In this document: piece after piece, positions 1-11,978 of the stretch
Layout: the number at the start of each line of letters is the position of its first letter
How positions within the stretch are numbered: the first letter of the stretch is position 1
Assembly (NCBI GenBank): GCA_965113315.1
Contig: OZ220363.1
Direction: 5' to 3' (one strand)
From: Podarcis vaucheri
Lineage: Eukaryota
DNA length: 64,000 nucleotides
The notes under the pieces: model-generated
Database searches by the model: none
Seen by the model: only the letters and a program-made list of their open reading frames with translations
Told to the model about the DNA's origin: nothing
Program-made: the position numbers and the translations under genes

Positions 1-895
1 CAAAAACAATCAGAATATTGATCGTACCATATAAGGTGCATATGTAAGAACATGAAAAATGAGATTTTGTGCAACAAACGTATTTGGCATGAATTAGGTT
101 TTAAGTCAATTTGTATAGCTTGGTTTGGGAAAGAACTGTATGAGGGAGACTTCTCAAAGGTTTTGTTCTTCTGGCTCTTAGGTGTTTTCTGTGTCTTTGT
201 GACTGGACGGAGTAGTGATGCAGTTAATCTTTCCTTTCTTTCTTTTTGGTGAAAAATAGGTTGAGGAAATGCTTTGTTTTCATGGGTAGTTGAGCAACTG
301 CACGGCAAAATCTGCGCCGCTGCTTCAGCTTGGAAGATCCCAGCAGAAATCACTGGCAAGACTGTCTTGCAGGCCAGATTGGCACTGGGTCACTCCGTGC
401 CACATCACCCCTAGTTTACAAGGCATTGAGTATCTCCTAACACCTCCTCCCACTTCCTGTTCTGCTTGGCGGAGGAGGAAGGGAAATGCAGACACAGTCT
501 GAGCAAAGTCACAGAAAAGCAAACCCATTTAAAACATTCTTGCGGCTTTTCTTCTTTTTACATGCTGGCAACACAAAGGAAAAGAAAGGTTGCTACTGGA
601 ATAGCTGAGAGAATGTGTAAAATGTACCAAGTACACTAAGGAATAAAGACAGCATTCTGTAAAGGACACTGTAAACACTTTGCAATTCTTCCCATTTTTA
701 TGGGGAGCTAATCTTGGCAGGTAACACTCTAACTTCTTTGTTTACAAAGTTAATCTGCCAGATTTGTTTACTTTGTCTCATTTACTTAAGACAAATACAC
801 TGAGAGACTAAATGTCTTATCCAACTCTGGGAAAGGAAAGCCAAATGGAGGGTTGGCTTTATTAGCAGATAAAGTGCAAACATCCATAATCTTAC

Positions 896-929
896 CAAAT
901 GAACGGTGAAGACCTTTGCCCACCATTTA
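896..929 (-). other. Candidate 34-nt microexon of an unidentified host gene
   Basis: Minus strand: gctaattttgttttttag|TAAATGGTGGGCAAAGGTCTTCACCGTTCATTTG|gtaaga. Confidence 0.3.
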
Positions 930-2035
930 CTAAAAAACAAAATTAGCCTTGAGTGGCAAATGCTTATCAGATCTGACAACATTAATCACAGCTGGTACTT
1001 AGCTGGCCATAGGGTTAGCCCTTTCCCAAGCACAGAGCTCTACACTTCGGAGATCTGAATTCTTATTAAATACAACATGGTCCACTTTGCATATGCTGTT
1101 TGCAAACCATCTACTTTTAAAAGAGGACTAACAAACTTAAAATGCCATCAGATTCACACCAAGATTTTGCAACATACTCGTTTAGATAAGGTCCTTGCGG
1201 CCTGTAAAAAGTGACAATAGAATGATGTACTGTTTGTCAACTGTTATGCAACATCCTCAGTTATACTCCTAGCACATACAAATAGGAAAATAAACACTTT
1301 GCTTTATAGAGAACAAACTACATTTACACCTAAATGAGTATGGATCTTTTACATGGAAATAAAATACCTGACAAAAAAATTGAGGAAGAAACTTCAACCA
1401 TAACTCTACTAAAAGTTAAAAAACAGAACAAAAGGGACTAGAATGTAAACACAAATAAGAACAGTTAAAGCTTCAGGCTTTCTTGCAGTTCACCAAAGGC
1501 AAAGCATAATTTGCTGCCCAAATCAATTTCCTCTGAATTAGGTAAGAGAATTCCCTCAGATATTCCTAAATCCCCTTCATCCTGATGTCAAAAGACAAAT
1601 GTTTAGAACTAGGACTACAATATACAAAACTAAATGTTCTTTTCAGCAGAACAGTTATGATTTTGTAAAGAGAGCCAGGGCTCAGCACACTTCAGCAATA
1701 ACCTGCTCTGAATGGGAAAGTGTAGCCTTGGAACATATTAATATTTTTCCACATATCTAACCATACAAATCTATGAAGTTTCAAACAATTCAGTCCTTAT
1801 TAATTATCACACTACCAACAAATAATAAAGGAATACAATTCCTTTCTGAATATAAATGTGATACAGTGTTCCCTATTTTATATTTAATCTAGCAATTTTA
1901 AATTTGGCTGCATCATACCACCTTAAGGATCTTGGTCAACAAAAGTCTGGGCTAGATGTTCTTTTAATAATATAGCAAAATATTTCCCATGTCATAATAT
2001 TAACAATGTTGAGATCAAAATAGTTTGCATTTAAC

Positions 2036-2164
2036 TCTCCTTCACTGGAGGAATTTTAAACAGAAGTTGGCCATATGTCATGAATGCTATAGCTGACATT
2101 GCTGCATTGCAGGGGGTTGGACTAAATGACCCTTGGGATCCCTTTCAATGCTATGATTCTATGA
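2036..2164 (+). mobile_element. CR1 LINE 3' end fragment
   Basis: tctccttcactggagg...gcagggggttggactaaatgacccttggg... ending in the CR1-type (ATTCTATG)n tail. Confidence 0.8.
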
Positions 2165-2482
2165 ACTCCTTGAAGAAAAGTTCCGTAGATTAATATATGT
2201 CAACATTTTCTTCAATGTTTTCATAATGATACCACAAGACAATTTTTGTCAGTACAATTTCACATTTTTACATGAAATATTTATAATAAATAACAAGGCA
2301 CTTATTATCCCTTAGTCTCTCTTAATAACTGAAAGCCTGCTTGACAAATAGCAGTGATGCACCAGTTGTGTAGATGACACCAGATGAACTATTTCAAATA
2401 GAGATGTAAAACATCTGGAAATTTAGAGGGGGGAAATATTAAAAAAAATTATGCAACATTTTTAGGGTCTTTTATAGATCAA

Positions 2483-2800
2483 AAGAAGATCAAACCTATC
2501 CATTCTTAAGGAAATAAGCCCTGAGTGCTCACTGGAAGGCCAGATCTTGAAGCTAAGGCTCCAATACTTTGGCCACCTCATGAGAAGAGAAGACTCCCTG
2601 GAAAAGACCCTGATGCTGGGAAAGATGGAGGGCACAAGGAGAAGGGGATGACAGAGGACGAGATGGTTGGACAGTGTTCTCGAAGCCACAAACATGAGTC
2701 TGACCAAACTGCGGGAAACAGTGGAAGACAGGAGTGCCTGGCGTTCTCTGGTCCATGGGGTCATGAAGAGTCGGACACAACTAAACGACTAAACAACAAA
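2483..2800 (+). mobile_element. Bov-B (RTE) LINE, 5'-truncated
   Basis: Bov-B 3' sequence (ctccaatactttggccacctcatgagaagagaagactccctggaaaagaccctgatg...gagtcggacacaactaaacgactaaacaacaa). 12-bp TSD atagatcaaaag at 2474-2485 and 2802-2813. Confidence 0.93.
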
Positions 2801-3323
2801 AATAGATCAAAAGCCATTTTGCTACTTTAGAAACATAACTGTATTATGTTATGCCTTAAAATTATCATGTTTTGTATATTAAAAGTACAGTTTGTTCAGA
2901 CAATAAATACTAATTGAATTTACTTTTTATTTTGCTATTTTAAACAGAGCTGCAAGCTGATGAACGGTAAGGAACTTGGCATCTCTTTGGTTTTACCAGT
3001 TTATGAAGGCCCAGCAAAAAACAATAAAAACAGAAGAAACTGTCAACATTACATTCTGCAACCCTCCAGTGTCAAGCTGACATAAAGCAGTCATTTCCAT
3101 AAAAAAGGGTTGAGAAAAAGAGGAGGGGAAACTAAGACTCAAAGAATACTCATTTTCTAAGTTATCACTATCAGTTTCTGCTTCTTCATATCAGTCATCA
3201 AACAATCACAAATTTGAGACCTATCAAGAAAATAGGAAGGACAGATTCGACTACACCAACAAGAGGAAGCCCACAAGTAAAGAAGGCACTAAATCCATCT
3301 TCCTTCTCTTATTATGACAATGA

Positions 3324-3341
3324 CAGTGCCCCCTAGAGGCA
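3324..3341 (-). promoter_or_regulatory. CTCF-like motif
   Basis: cagtgccccctagaggca closely matches the reverse CTCF core. Motif only. Confidence 0.45.
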
Positions 3342-4555
3342 GAAATGCATTTTGCTCTTGCATTTGAGATACTGTACTGTATTCAACTGTACTGTGTATA
3401 ATTCAGGCCTTGCTTGTCCTTGGCGTACAGGAATTTTATGATATGATACTGTTCAATAGTCTAACATAAAAGTCTTCTTGTTACCTAATTTTTAGAAACC
3501 ATTCTGGGGGAATAAACATATAAGCACCTTTTAAGTTTTATTCATGATTCTGAAAGAAAATATTTCATAATCCACCCCACCCCCCATTTTGGGGGGAGAG
3601 GGAGACCTTGGAAAAAATGTGGGGAGGGGCCTTGAATTTCTTTTTTAGCTTTTCCCCACAGGTCTTCACATCTCTAATTCCAAGAAAAAACACAAATGAA
3701 CAGCAGATAAATTCATAATTTCAGCCGAGTCATATCACCTGAGAAAGCATCCCTGGAATTTTTAAAGAAGTACCTAAGAGGTTCAGGTAGTTTAGTCTCA
3801 CCCTAAGCATAATCATGTGCAGAGTCCAAACAAATGAATTATATTTGAGGTGGAAATAGTGACACATTCTACCACACACACAAAAATCAAGAACAGTGTA
3901 ACTGTTCATTAACTTTCATAGGGGTATATAGCAGTACTCCAATGTCATTCTACAAAACCGGAATAGGCATAGCTCCAGGATTGAAATGAACCCTGAAATA
4001 AATCAGCTTATTCCTGGAACTCAGTCCTTTTGATTAATTCCCCACCAAAATTATACCTTGATAATTAGAAAACTTAAAGCACAGAAAATTACTCTATTGT
4101 TCTACTCTGCATTAGGATATATTCTATAATTTTACAGATTTTTTTTTAAACCAGCATAACCTATCAGGTAGCAGAAAGTGCTGCAAAATAGCCACAATTC
4201 TGCTCTGAAACTGAAAATCATAGCTAGTTTCTAGTAATGTGTTAGCACATTTAGGAAGACTGTAATTAAACGATATGTTTATGATTCTTGGCAGGCAAGC
4301 ACCATCTTGTTAAATATCTTTAAATTCCAATATCTTGGTGGAGGCAGCATTTACTGTTTACTGCTGCTTTGGTTGTTAGGGGTTACCCACAAAGTTTTTG
4401 TTATTCCATGACATCAGCTGCATTCTGAGGGACGTGTGCCAGTGAATTTCACCACATTGAAAAAACAGCCAAGCTTGGCTGCACCTGCAGGCAGCTGAGC
4501 AGAGGAAAAACTGAAGTATACAGATTAAGTGGGATTTCTGATTTGGTTCCTAATG

Positions 4556-5075
4556 CAGTGTTTCCCAACCGGTGTTCCGCGGCACACTAGTGTGCCGTGA
4601 GACACCGGCTGGTGTGCCGTGGGAGGGAGGCGGGCGAGTCGGGCGGCGAGAGGCGGCGGCGGCGAGGATCCGCGTCGAGCCGGGGGCGGCTCCGCGGTGG
4701 TGGTGCCGAGCGGCGGGGCAGCGCGCGCAAAAGGGAGGAGCGCGAGACAGCGGAGGAGGAGGAGGCCGGCATGTCCGGGCAGCAGCAGCAACAGCAGCAG
4801 CAGCAACTCCCGGCGACGGCTCCTCCTCCGCCCGCTATCGCCGCCACCACCACAACAGCCACCGCCGCCTCAGCTGCCGCCGTCCCTCAGTCCCTCGCTC
4901 TGCTGCCTCCTCCCACCCCGGCAAGGGGAAGGGAAAAAACGTTCACTTTTGTGCGTCCCTCCCGGCGTGACGCTGCGCGCTGACGTCACGGGGCGGGGCT
5001 TTAATGGTGGTGTGCCGCGAGATTTTTTTCCGGTAAACAGGTGTGCCGTTGCCCAAAAACGTTTGGGAAACACTG
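4556..5075. mobile_element. Non-autonomous hAT element with GC/CpG-rich internal cargo
   Basis: 13-bp perfect TIR CAGTGTTTCCCAA, perfect 8-bp TSD tcctaatg (4548-4555, 5076-5083), subterminal gtgtgccg repeats. Confidence 0.92.
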
Positions 5076-5405
5076 TCCTAATGAATCAAAATTCCTCAGG
5101 TGGGAAGTGGAAGGAGCTTTTCTTCGGTTCTTTTCTTTCAATTCTCAAAACACAATTCTTGAATGCTCTGAAGTGATACACATCTGTCCAAAAGCAAAAT
5201 GCTTCCAGCATAACACTTTTTCTTTAAAGATTATTATTATTAAGACAAATCCCCAAATTTTAGTGTATTACACAAATCCGGGCATATTTTTTATGAAACC
5301 ATTTTCTAGCTGGGGTGGGTGGGAGAGACGACTCTTTGTGTAGTTCTTGCTTGCCTTGCTTTTATTATGTATTATTTTTGAAGATGAGCCAAGTCACACA
5401 TATTA

Positions 5406-5626
5406 CAGTGGTACCTCGGGTTACAGACGCTTCAGGTTACAGACTCTGCTAACCCAGAAATAGTACCTCGCTTTAAGAACTTTGCTTCAGGATGAGAACA
5501 GAAATCGCACAGCAGCGGCGCCAGCAGGAGGCCCCATTAGCTAAAGTGGTGCTTCAGGTTAAGAACAGTTTCAGGTTAAGAACGGACCTCCGGAACGAAT
5601 TGAGTACTTAACCCAAGGTACCACTG
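5406..5626. mobile_element. Tc1/mariner (Tigger/pogo-type) MITE
   Basis: TIR CAGTGGTACCT...AGGTACCACTG, TA TSD, internal ttcaggtta repeats. Confidence 0.9.
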
Positions 5627-5675
5627 TACTTATTAAGTATTGCCAATACCATCACATCAGCAATTGCAACAAAAC

Positions 5676-5680
<5 letters not shown>

Positions 5681-5724
<44 letters not shown>

Positions 5725-5785
5725 TTTATTTATATCCCGCCCTCCCCAGCCGAAGCCGGGCTCAGGGCGGCTAACAACAATCAAA
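5681..5785 (-). mobile_element. L2-type LINE 3' tail with (TAA)n microsatellite
   Basis: (TAA)n 5681-5722 followed by tttatttatatcccgccctccccagcc...gggcggctaacaac. Similar in layout to the 3' tail at 11870-11975, in reverse. Confidence 0.65.
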
Positions 5786-6299
5786 TAATCAGTCAAATGA
5801 TCACAAAATCTAAAAATATTTCATTATAAAAATTAATTAAATCAAATTGATGGCAACCAATTAAGCAAAATTCTGTGCAGGAAAGTGGGGAAAGTAAAAG
5901 TTATCACAAATGCGTCCAACAGAATGGAGGTATTAACTTGCCACGTGAAACCAATCAATGAAACTGTAAAATGAGCCCATCTAAGGAAAGAATTCCATAA
6001 TCCAGACAACACTACTGAGAGAACACTATCCTGTGCAGCTACCACACATCAGGCAACAGGGGAGGATGGAACAAAGCAAATAAAGTTCACTCGATTGCAC
6101 AGGTAAGTTCATATGAAAGAGGTTTCAATCCTGGAACCAGTGCTTTGAAACAAGCTCGTAAACCAACTACACATGCTGTTAACAGCTCTAGGTTGCAGGT
6201 CTCAACACAGCTTACTTTGGTTTATTCTAGCAGCTCTCACAGCCCTAAGAGAAGGAGTTGTCTTTGTTTTGAATAGGAGGGAGACCATGAATTCTGTTA

Positions 6300-6660
6300 T
6301 GCTTGCATGTCATGGCTTAGCATGAACACAAATGTCCTGGCTTATGAGATCACAGTTGCTTTGTTCCGTCTCAGTCTTGTCAGTGTGGTATGTCACCTGA
6401 GCTGATGTTTGCTTTAGTGTATTCTTGAAACATGGGATCATGGTTAAGGTTTCTCCTCCATAACCTTGATCCTTAACCAAGGTTTGTCCTATGGTTAGAG
6501 GTCATTGTTAAACACAAATCCAGGTTTGAACCGCATACTAAGGCAAACCTTGGCTTAGCTGCCATCCCACACTAACTTAAAATCCTGGGAAGTAGCAGAA
6601 TGAGTGTGAGTTCCTCTCCAGAAGCCAGCATGTTCACACTGTCATGGTAAAACAGGAGTT
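6300..6660. mobile_element. Old palindromic MITE (possibly PIF/Harbinger)
   Basis: Degenerate inverted symmetry (gcatgaaca/tgttcacactg; aaccaaggtttg/caaaccttggctt). Boundaries approximate. Confidence 0.4.
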
Positions 6661-6954
6661 GTACCAATGGGCACATTTTGATTTTTGATGGCATAACACA
6701 AAATTAGAAAGTACAGTCATTTCATGTTTACCATAGGACATCAGCTTTATAGCTTCTAATGAGTACTTGATCTCATATGAACCCACCACAGGGAGGATGG
6801 ATCCTGGTTCTTATGGGGAAAGGCAGGGGAAGCTACAGGGATTCCAGGGACTACTAAAAATAAGACAAAAACGGGAAAAGTGTGCTAAAGGGAGGAGGAA
6901 ACAGCAGCTTTTTAGGACCACAGGGTTTGCCTGGTTTCCAAACAACTCACTTAC

Positions 6955-6982
6955 CAGTGACAACTCTGACTTCACTCATTAG
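6955..6982 (-). other. Candidate 28-nt microexon of an unidentified host gene
   Basis: Minus strand: ttttgctgcttccccctgtctgtgtttag|CTAATGAGTGAAGTCAGAGTTGTCACTG|gtaagt. Confidence 0.35.
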
Positions 6983-7101
6983 CTAAACACAGACAGGGGG
7001 AAGCAGCAAAAGGCTGACTCATTTCACAGAAATTGCTTAGAAGGGTATCTGCACATTTTTCTTCATAACTTTCTAGAAGGGCTAAAGACTTACTTTAAAA
7101 T

Positions 7102-7160
<59 letters not shown>
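7102..7160 (+). repeat. (AAGA)n microsatellite
   Basis: Perfect tetranucleotide run. Confidence 0.95.
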
Positions 7161-8449
7161 CTCAAAGTCTGGGGCCACTGGCTGGGCAGCACCAAGGAAG
7201 ACCTTGCTGAGCACAATAGTACCAGCAGGCATTGTGTTGGTGACCCTTATGGTAAACCATACTCCAGTTTGTCATGTGAACCGGACCACTGTGACATGGA
7301 AATGGCTTAAGAGATGGTGTATGTGTTCTGAATGAAGTATTTTTAAAAGGAGTGCCCGACAGGAGGAGTGACTGGACAGGGGAAAAGAGAGAAAGGGGTG
7401 GCAAGTTGTTGAGAAGAGTGTGTCAGGAAGAGAACAATGCATATTTCTTACCGCAGGATAAATATTTCTCATTTAGCTACTAGTAACATTGTAGTATCTC
7501 ATTTAGTAGCTTGCTTGATATTTAGGATCCTTATATCCTTTTTATAGTTATCCTATGCACTTTTAGCAAATAAAAACCTTAATACATGTAGCAAAGTTTA
7601 TCAGCTACAATCATTCAAAATGAGTACTAAAATGAGTGGGGAGAGGGAGTTAATTATGTCTTCATTTATTAAGACAGAATGACGAACTATGGCAATAAGA
7701 GAGACAGACTTGACATGCTTTACAGAGCGTCCCCAAAGCTCTGACGGGGATTCATTTTGACTGTTCATAAAACAAATTTGTTTATTTATTTTATACCTAA
7801 CACACAATGTGACTGCTTCAATAAACTTTAAATTCCTCTACCATCTCTATTTTATTGCAATCAGCACTAAACAGAATATTTTAATAGAATAACCTCCTCT
7901 TTTGTTATTCTGAACCAATACGTGTATTTACATTAGGAAACAACTGTAATCTCAAAGTCACCATACAATGAAATAAAATCTTAAAACGGAACATTGTGGC
8001 ATGAGAATAAGAAACATGGCAGGCCAAAGAATACTGAAGTTCTGAACATTTAAGACACAAATTGACATATTCAGCTGAACAAACAGCTACTACAAAGCTC
8101 CCTGTAGAATCCCTCAACCTCTCCCCACCAACAAAAGCCCTCACTTCACCTCTCTAAGGAAAAGGTAATCACCAATGGGCTCAAATGGGGAACACGATTG
8201 GTTCAGCAGGTCGGTTTCCTTGCTAAGAATTGTAACTCTGTCATCTGCTTCAAGTCAGCAAACTGAAACAATCTGCGTGTGATCATTCAGCTTCCCTCCT
8301 TCTCTATGGTAATATTTGTACTGCATGTTAATATACTGCAACATTCCGGCACATCAGTCTGGTGAAGTAAAAGTATTTTCTTAGCTTGGGATATTATCTT
8401 AAAAATAACTTTGCTCATTAAAAAGCTTTTTCAGAAAAAAATGATATGT

Positions 8450-8529
8450 TAGAATCATAGAATCATAGAGTTGGAAGAGACCGCAAGGGCCATCGAGTCC
8501 AACCCCCTGCCAAGCAGGAAACACCATCA
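8450..8529 (-). mobile_element. CR1 LINE 3' end fragment
   Basis: tagaatcatagaatcatagagttggaagagacc...gagtccaaccccctg is the reverse complement of a CR1 3' tail. Confidence 0.82.
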
Positions 8530-9903
8530 TGTTTGCTTCAGATGTTCAAAAACAAGGTAATGCGGCTTCCTCTAGCTATTTAAGTTTTTATGTTTCTAAT
8601 GTAGTAGAAGAAACAAGATGTGCACCTAAGTGCTGACCTGTGTATTCAGCAAAATCACACAGCACAGGCTTCCTAGGATGCTACCATGTAAAACTGCAGA
8701 TGAGAAAGATAAATCACATTTGTAAGTGCTCTCCAATATCCAACAACTCAATTAATTTAAGGCCACCTGGTGCTTTTCCTGGTCTGCACTACTTCTGGCT
8801 ATAGTTGTGGGACTTGGATGTTTAAATGTCACCCCATGTGTAAAAGTCCCTGCATCTATAAATCTAGCACATCAAGCACAGAAGAACAAAACTGAGCCAA
8901 GCCTTCCCCCACATGCTACTTTTCTAAGTGAAGGTCATTCATTCTGAGAGCGGAATTCAGATGTAGAACTCCCTACTGGCAGCCTAAATGTTACAATCCA
9001 GGAAACTCTTTATCAGTTGATGCTGCTGAATGGAATGTACAAGCTGTCCCTTCAAAAATCCAAGCATCAGGGAAAGACCAACCTTAGAAACTCTTCCATG
9101 GTGTGCCAATTCTCGCTATAAATGAACTTTTAACAAATGTTCAAAAATGCAATCCCCCACCCTGTAATCTGAAATGATAGGAGTCATTTCTGAAACTGGT
9201 TGGAGTGAGAAAGTTATAATGCCAGTGAGAAACTAAAATTCATCTGTTTACTAGTAAATAAGTTTTTACTTTGGAGAGAAGTATTAGTGCATCTTAATTT
9301 CTTCGGGACATAACTTAATGAAGTATTAGTAGGCTAAACAGTTGAAAGTAACACTGGATATTCTCATGGCAATAAATCTGAGTGTTGAATAAGAAAGGCT
9401 TTTTACCAAGAATTTTTGGAGCTCAGGTCGTGTCTGTTGTATCAAGGAGAGAAATTGGCTGTTCTTCCTTTTGCATCCGCTGCTCTCGTAAATGTTCAAA
9501 GTTTAATAAAGTCAAACAAAACTTTTAAAAGACAACATCCCTGGCCTGTACATTTGTATAAAGACTCTACTGGGGGAAGCAGACATAATGAAAATCTAAC
9601 CCTATCTTACAACTTTTCTGCTTTTCCATTTGCAGTTCAATGCCCCCAGCTACAGCTTACACTTTTATTTGTAAGGCATTTTATGTTCCACTCATATGTC
9701 TTCTATTTAGAGAGATATCATCTAGAACTGTAATTCAGATTGGCACACGGTTTACAACTGAAAGGTCTGTAGCCTGATTCCGTTTTCATTTGGAAAGTCC
9801 CACTTTATTGGTTAGAATGTGGTGTTGATAATGGCAAGGTTACAGATTTGATTCCTGTATGGGACAGCTGCATATTCTTGCACTGCAGGGAGTTGGGCTA
9901 GAT

Positions 9904-10534
9904 CAGGGGTCAGCAAACTTTTTCAGCAGGGGGCCGGTCCATTGTCCCTCAGACCTTGTGGGGGGCCGGACTATATTTGGGGGTGGGAAATGAACGAATT
10001 GCTATGCCCCACAAATAACCCCACTCGGGACGCGGGTGGCGCTGTGGGTAAAAGCCTCAGCGCCTAGGGCTTGCCGATCGAAAGGTCGGCGGTTCGAATC
10101 CCCGCGGCGGGGTGCGCTCCCGCTGCTCGGTCCCAGCGCCTGCCAACCTAGCAGTTCGAAAGCACCCCCGGGTGCAAGTAGATAAATAGGTACCGCTTAC
10201 CAGCGGGAAGGTAAACGGCGTTCCGTGTGCTGCGCTGGCTCGCCAGATGCAGCTTTGTCACGCTGGCCACGTGACCCGGAAGTGTCTCCGGACAGCGCTG
10301 GCCCCCGGCCTCTTGAGTGAGATGGGCGCACAAACCCCAGAGTCTGTCAAGACTGGCCCGTTCGGGCAGGGGTACCTTTACCTTTACCTTTACCAATAAC
10401 CCAGAGATGCATTTTAAATAAAAGGACACATTCTACTCATGTAAAAACATGTTGAATCCCGGACTGTCCGTGGGCCAGATTGAGAAGGCGATTGGGCTGG
10501 ATTTGGCCCCCCGGCCTTAGGTTGCCTACCCATG
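9904..10534. mobile_element. Non-autonomous hAT (Charlie/OC1-like) element, interrupted by a Sauria SINE
   Basis: Ends caggggtcagcaaac / gttgcctacccatg; 8-bp TSD ggctagat / aactagat. Confidence 0.85.
10027..10392 (+). mobile_element. Sauria SINE (young, CpG-rich)
   Basis: tRNA-like head with A box and GGTTCGAATCC B box, Sauria body, (ACCTTT)n tail; TSD aataaccc at 10014-10021 and 10395-10402. Confidence 0.95.
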
Positions 10535-11654
10535 AACTAGATGATCCTCATGATCCCTTACAATTCTATGATTCTATGAACTTCCCAATACACGTGATTG
10601 AGATTACAGCATAACACATATCAAATAATGCAGAGTGGGTAGAAATATAGGTAAAATGAACTAATTGAAGGAAGGGAACATGTTTTAAGAGGGAATTGAT
10701 GGTTAAAACAGAAATTCATACATCTCAACAGGCAGTCAAATTACTCAAGCATAATATGACTCTTGCAGTAATACAGAAGAAGAAGACAAAATGGTTCCAC
10801 AGGAAGGAATATCAGAAGAAGTGACATATAAAACAGTACAAACCCAAACAGCAAAAAATGTGACCAGGGCACAATGGGTTGGATGTTTGGTAGCGGAATA
10901 ATTTTTTAACTTAGTGAAGGATTCCTGTGTGAGAAAACAGAACGGAAATAATATGTTTGCTTGAGCTGTGTTTTCCACTAGCTCTTGAGCACAATATGTT
11001 TGTGGAACAGTACCATAATTAGAATTTCATCTGCTCACACATCTCTGAATCTGATCTGTTCTTTGGAATCTAGCTGCATTTATATCTACTTTATATTAAG
11101 ATGTATTAAATATTTAAATTGCTTAATTACATTCCCACATTCCTTTTAACTATTTTATATGTGGGAATCTTTTGCATCAAAAACTTGTATCTGCATAGTC
11201 AGCAATCTTCTTTGCATATATGAGCACTCATTACAATTACAGTTTTATTAAGAAACAAAGCACCAAAGCCAAGATCTAAAGAGTTGCATTTCATGAGTCC
11301 TCAAGGGTTTGGGGGCATCATTTCCCTTCACAAGTCAATAAGCTGCTTTTGAAAGTTGCTTCAGTTACAAAGCAGTATCATTGTGACTATGGCATGAGGA
11401 AGGGAGCAGAGTTTGAGAAAAACAAACTCAAAGTCCTTTTGCATGTGCATGCCCCAGTATTTTTTTATGCTTTCAGTGATTCCATTTTGGTAAGATCTCA
11501 GTAAGATACATCTGATTAAATAATGCAGTTATCCAGGTGTGCTGGTTATTCATAAAATATCAAAATACTAAAAACTGGCTGCAAACATTTCTTAAAATGC
11601 ATGAACTTAATGAAGGAACTTTCATGTCCAACTACCAGCTGTATATTCTAGGCG

Positions 11655-11921
11655 GAAGTATCCAGCGCCGAGGGCCTTCTGGCGGTTCCCTCATTGCGAG
11701 AAGCAAAGCTACAGGGAACCAGGCAGAGGGCGCCCGCCCTGTGGAACGCTCTCCCATTAGATGTCAAAGCGATAAATAACTACCTGACATTCAGAAGACA
11801 TCTTAAGGCAGACCTGTTCAGGGAAGTTTTTAATGTGTGATATTTTAGTGTATTTTTGGTTTCTATGGAAGCCGCCCAGAGTGGCTGGGGAAACCCAGCC
11901 AGATGGTTGGGGTACAAATAA

Positions 11922-11975
<54 letters not shown>
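11655..11975 (+). mobile_element. L2-type LINE 3' fragment with (TTA)n tail
   Basis: gcccgccctgtggaacgctctccc (the 'LWNxLP' region), agacatcttaaggcagacctgttc, then 3'UTR and (TTA)n 11922-11975. Confidence 0.75.

Positions 11976-11978
<3 letters not shown>

Larger units (their letters stand above)
9808..10579 (+). mobile_element. tRNA(Ile)-derived SINE with CR1-type tail, interrupted by a hAT element
   Basis: Halves 9808-9903 and 10535-10579 rejoin into the same SINE as at 26174-26320. Confidence 0.8.

Noticed and set aside
4525-5176. Six overlapping GC-rich ORFs (67-185 aa) as a resident host gene
   Set aside because: All fall in or across a TIR/TSD-bounded transposon; the open frames reflect GC-rich triplet repeats.
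10769-10900. Purine-rich plus-strand exon-like stretch (NTEEEDKMVPQEGISEEV...)
   Set aside because: Weak acceptor, no convincing donor, in-frame stop, peptide not recognised.
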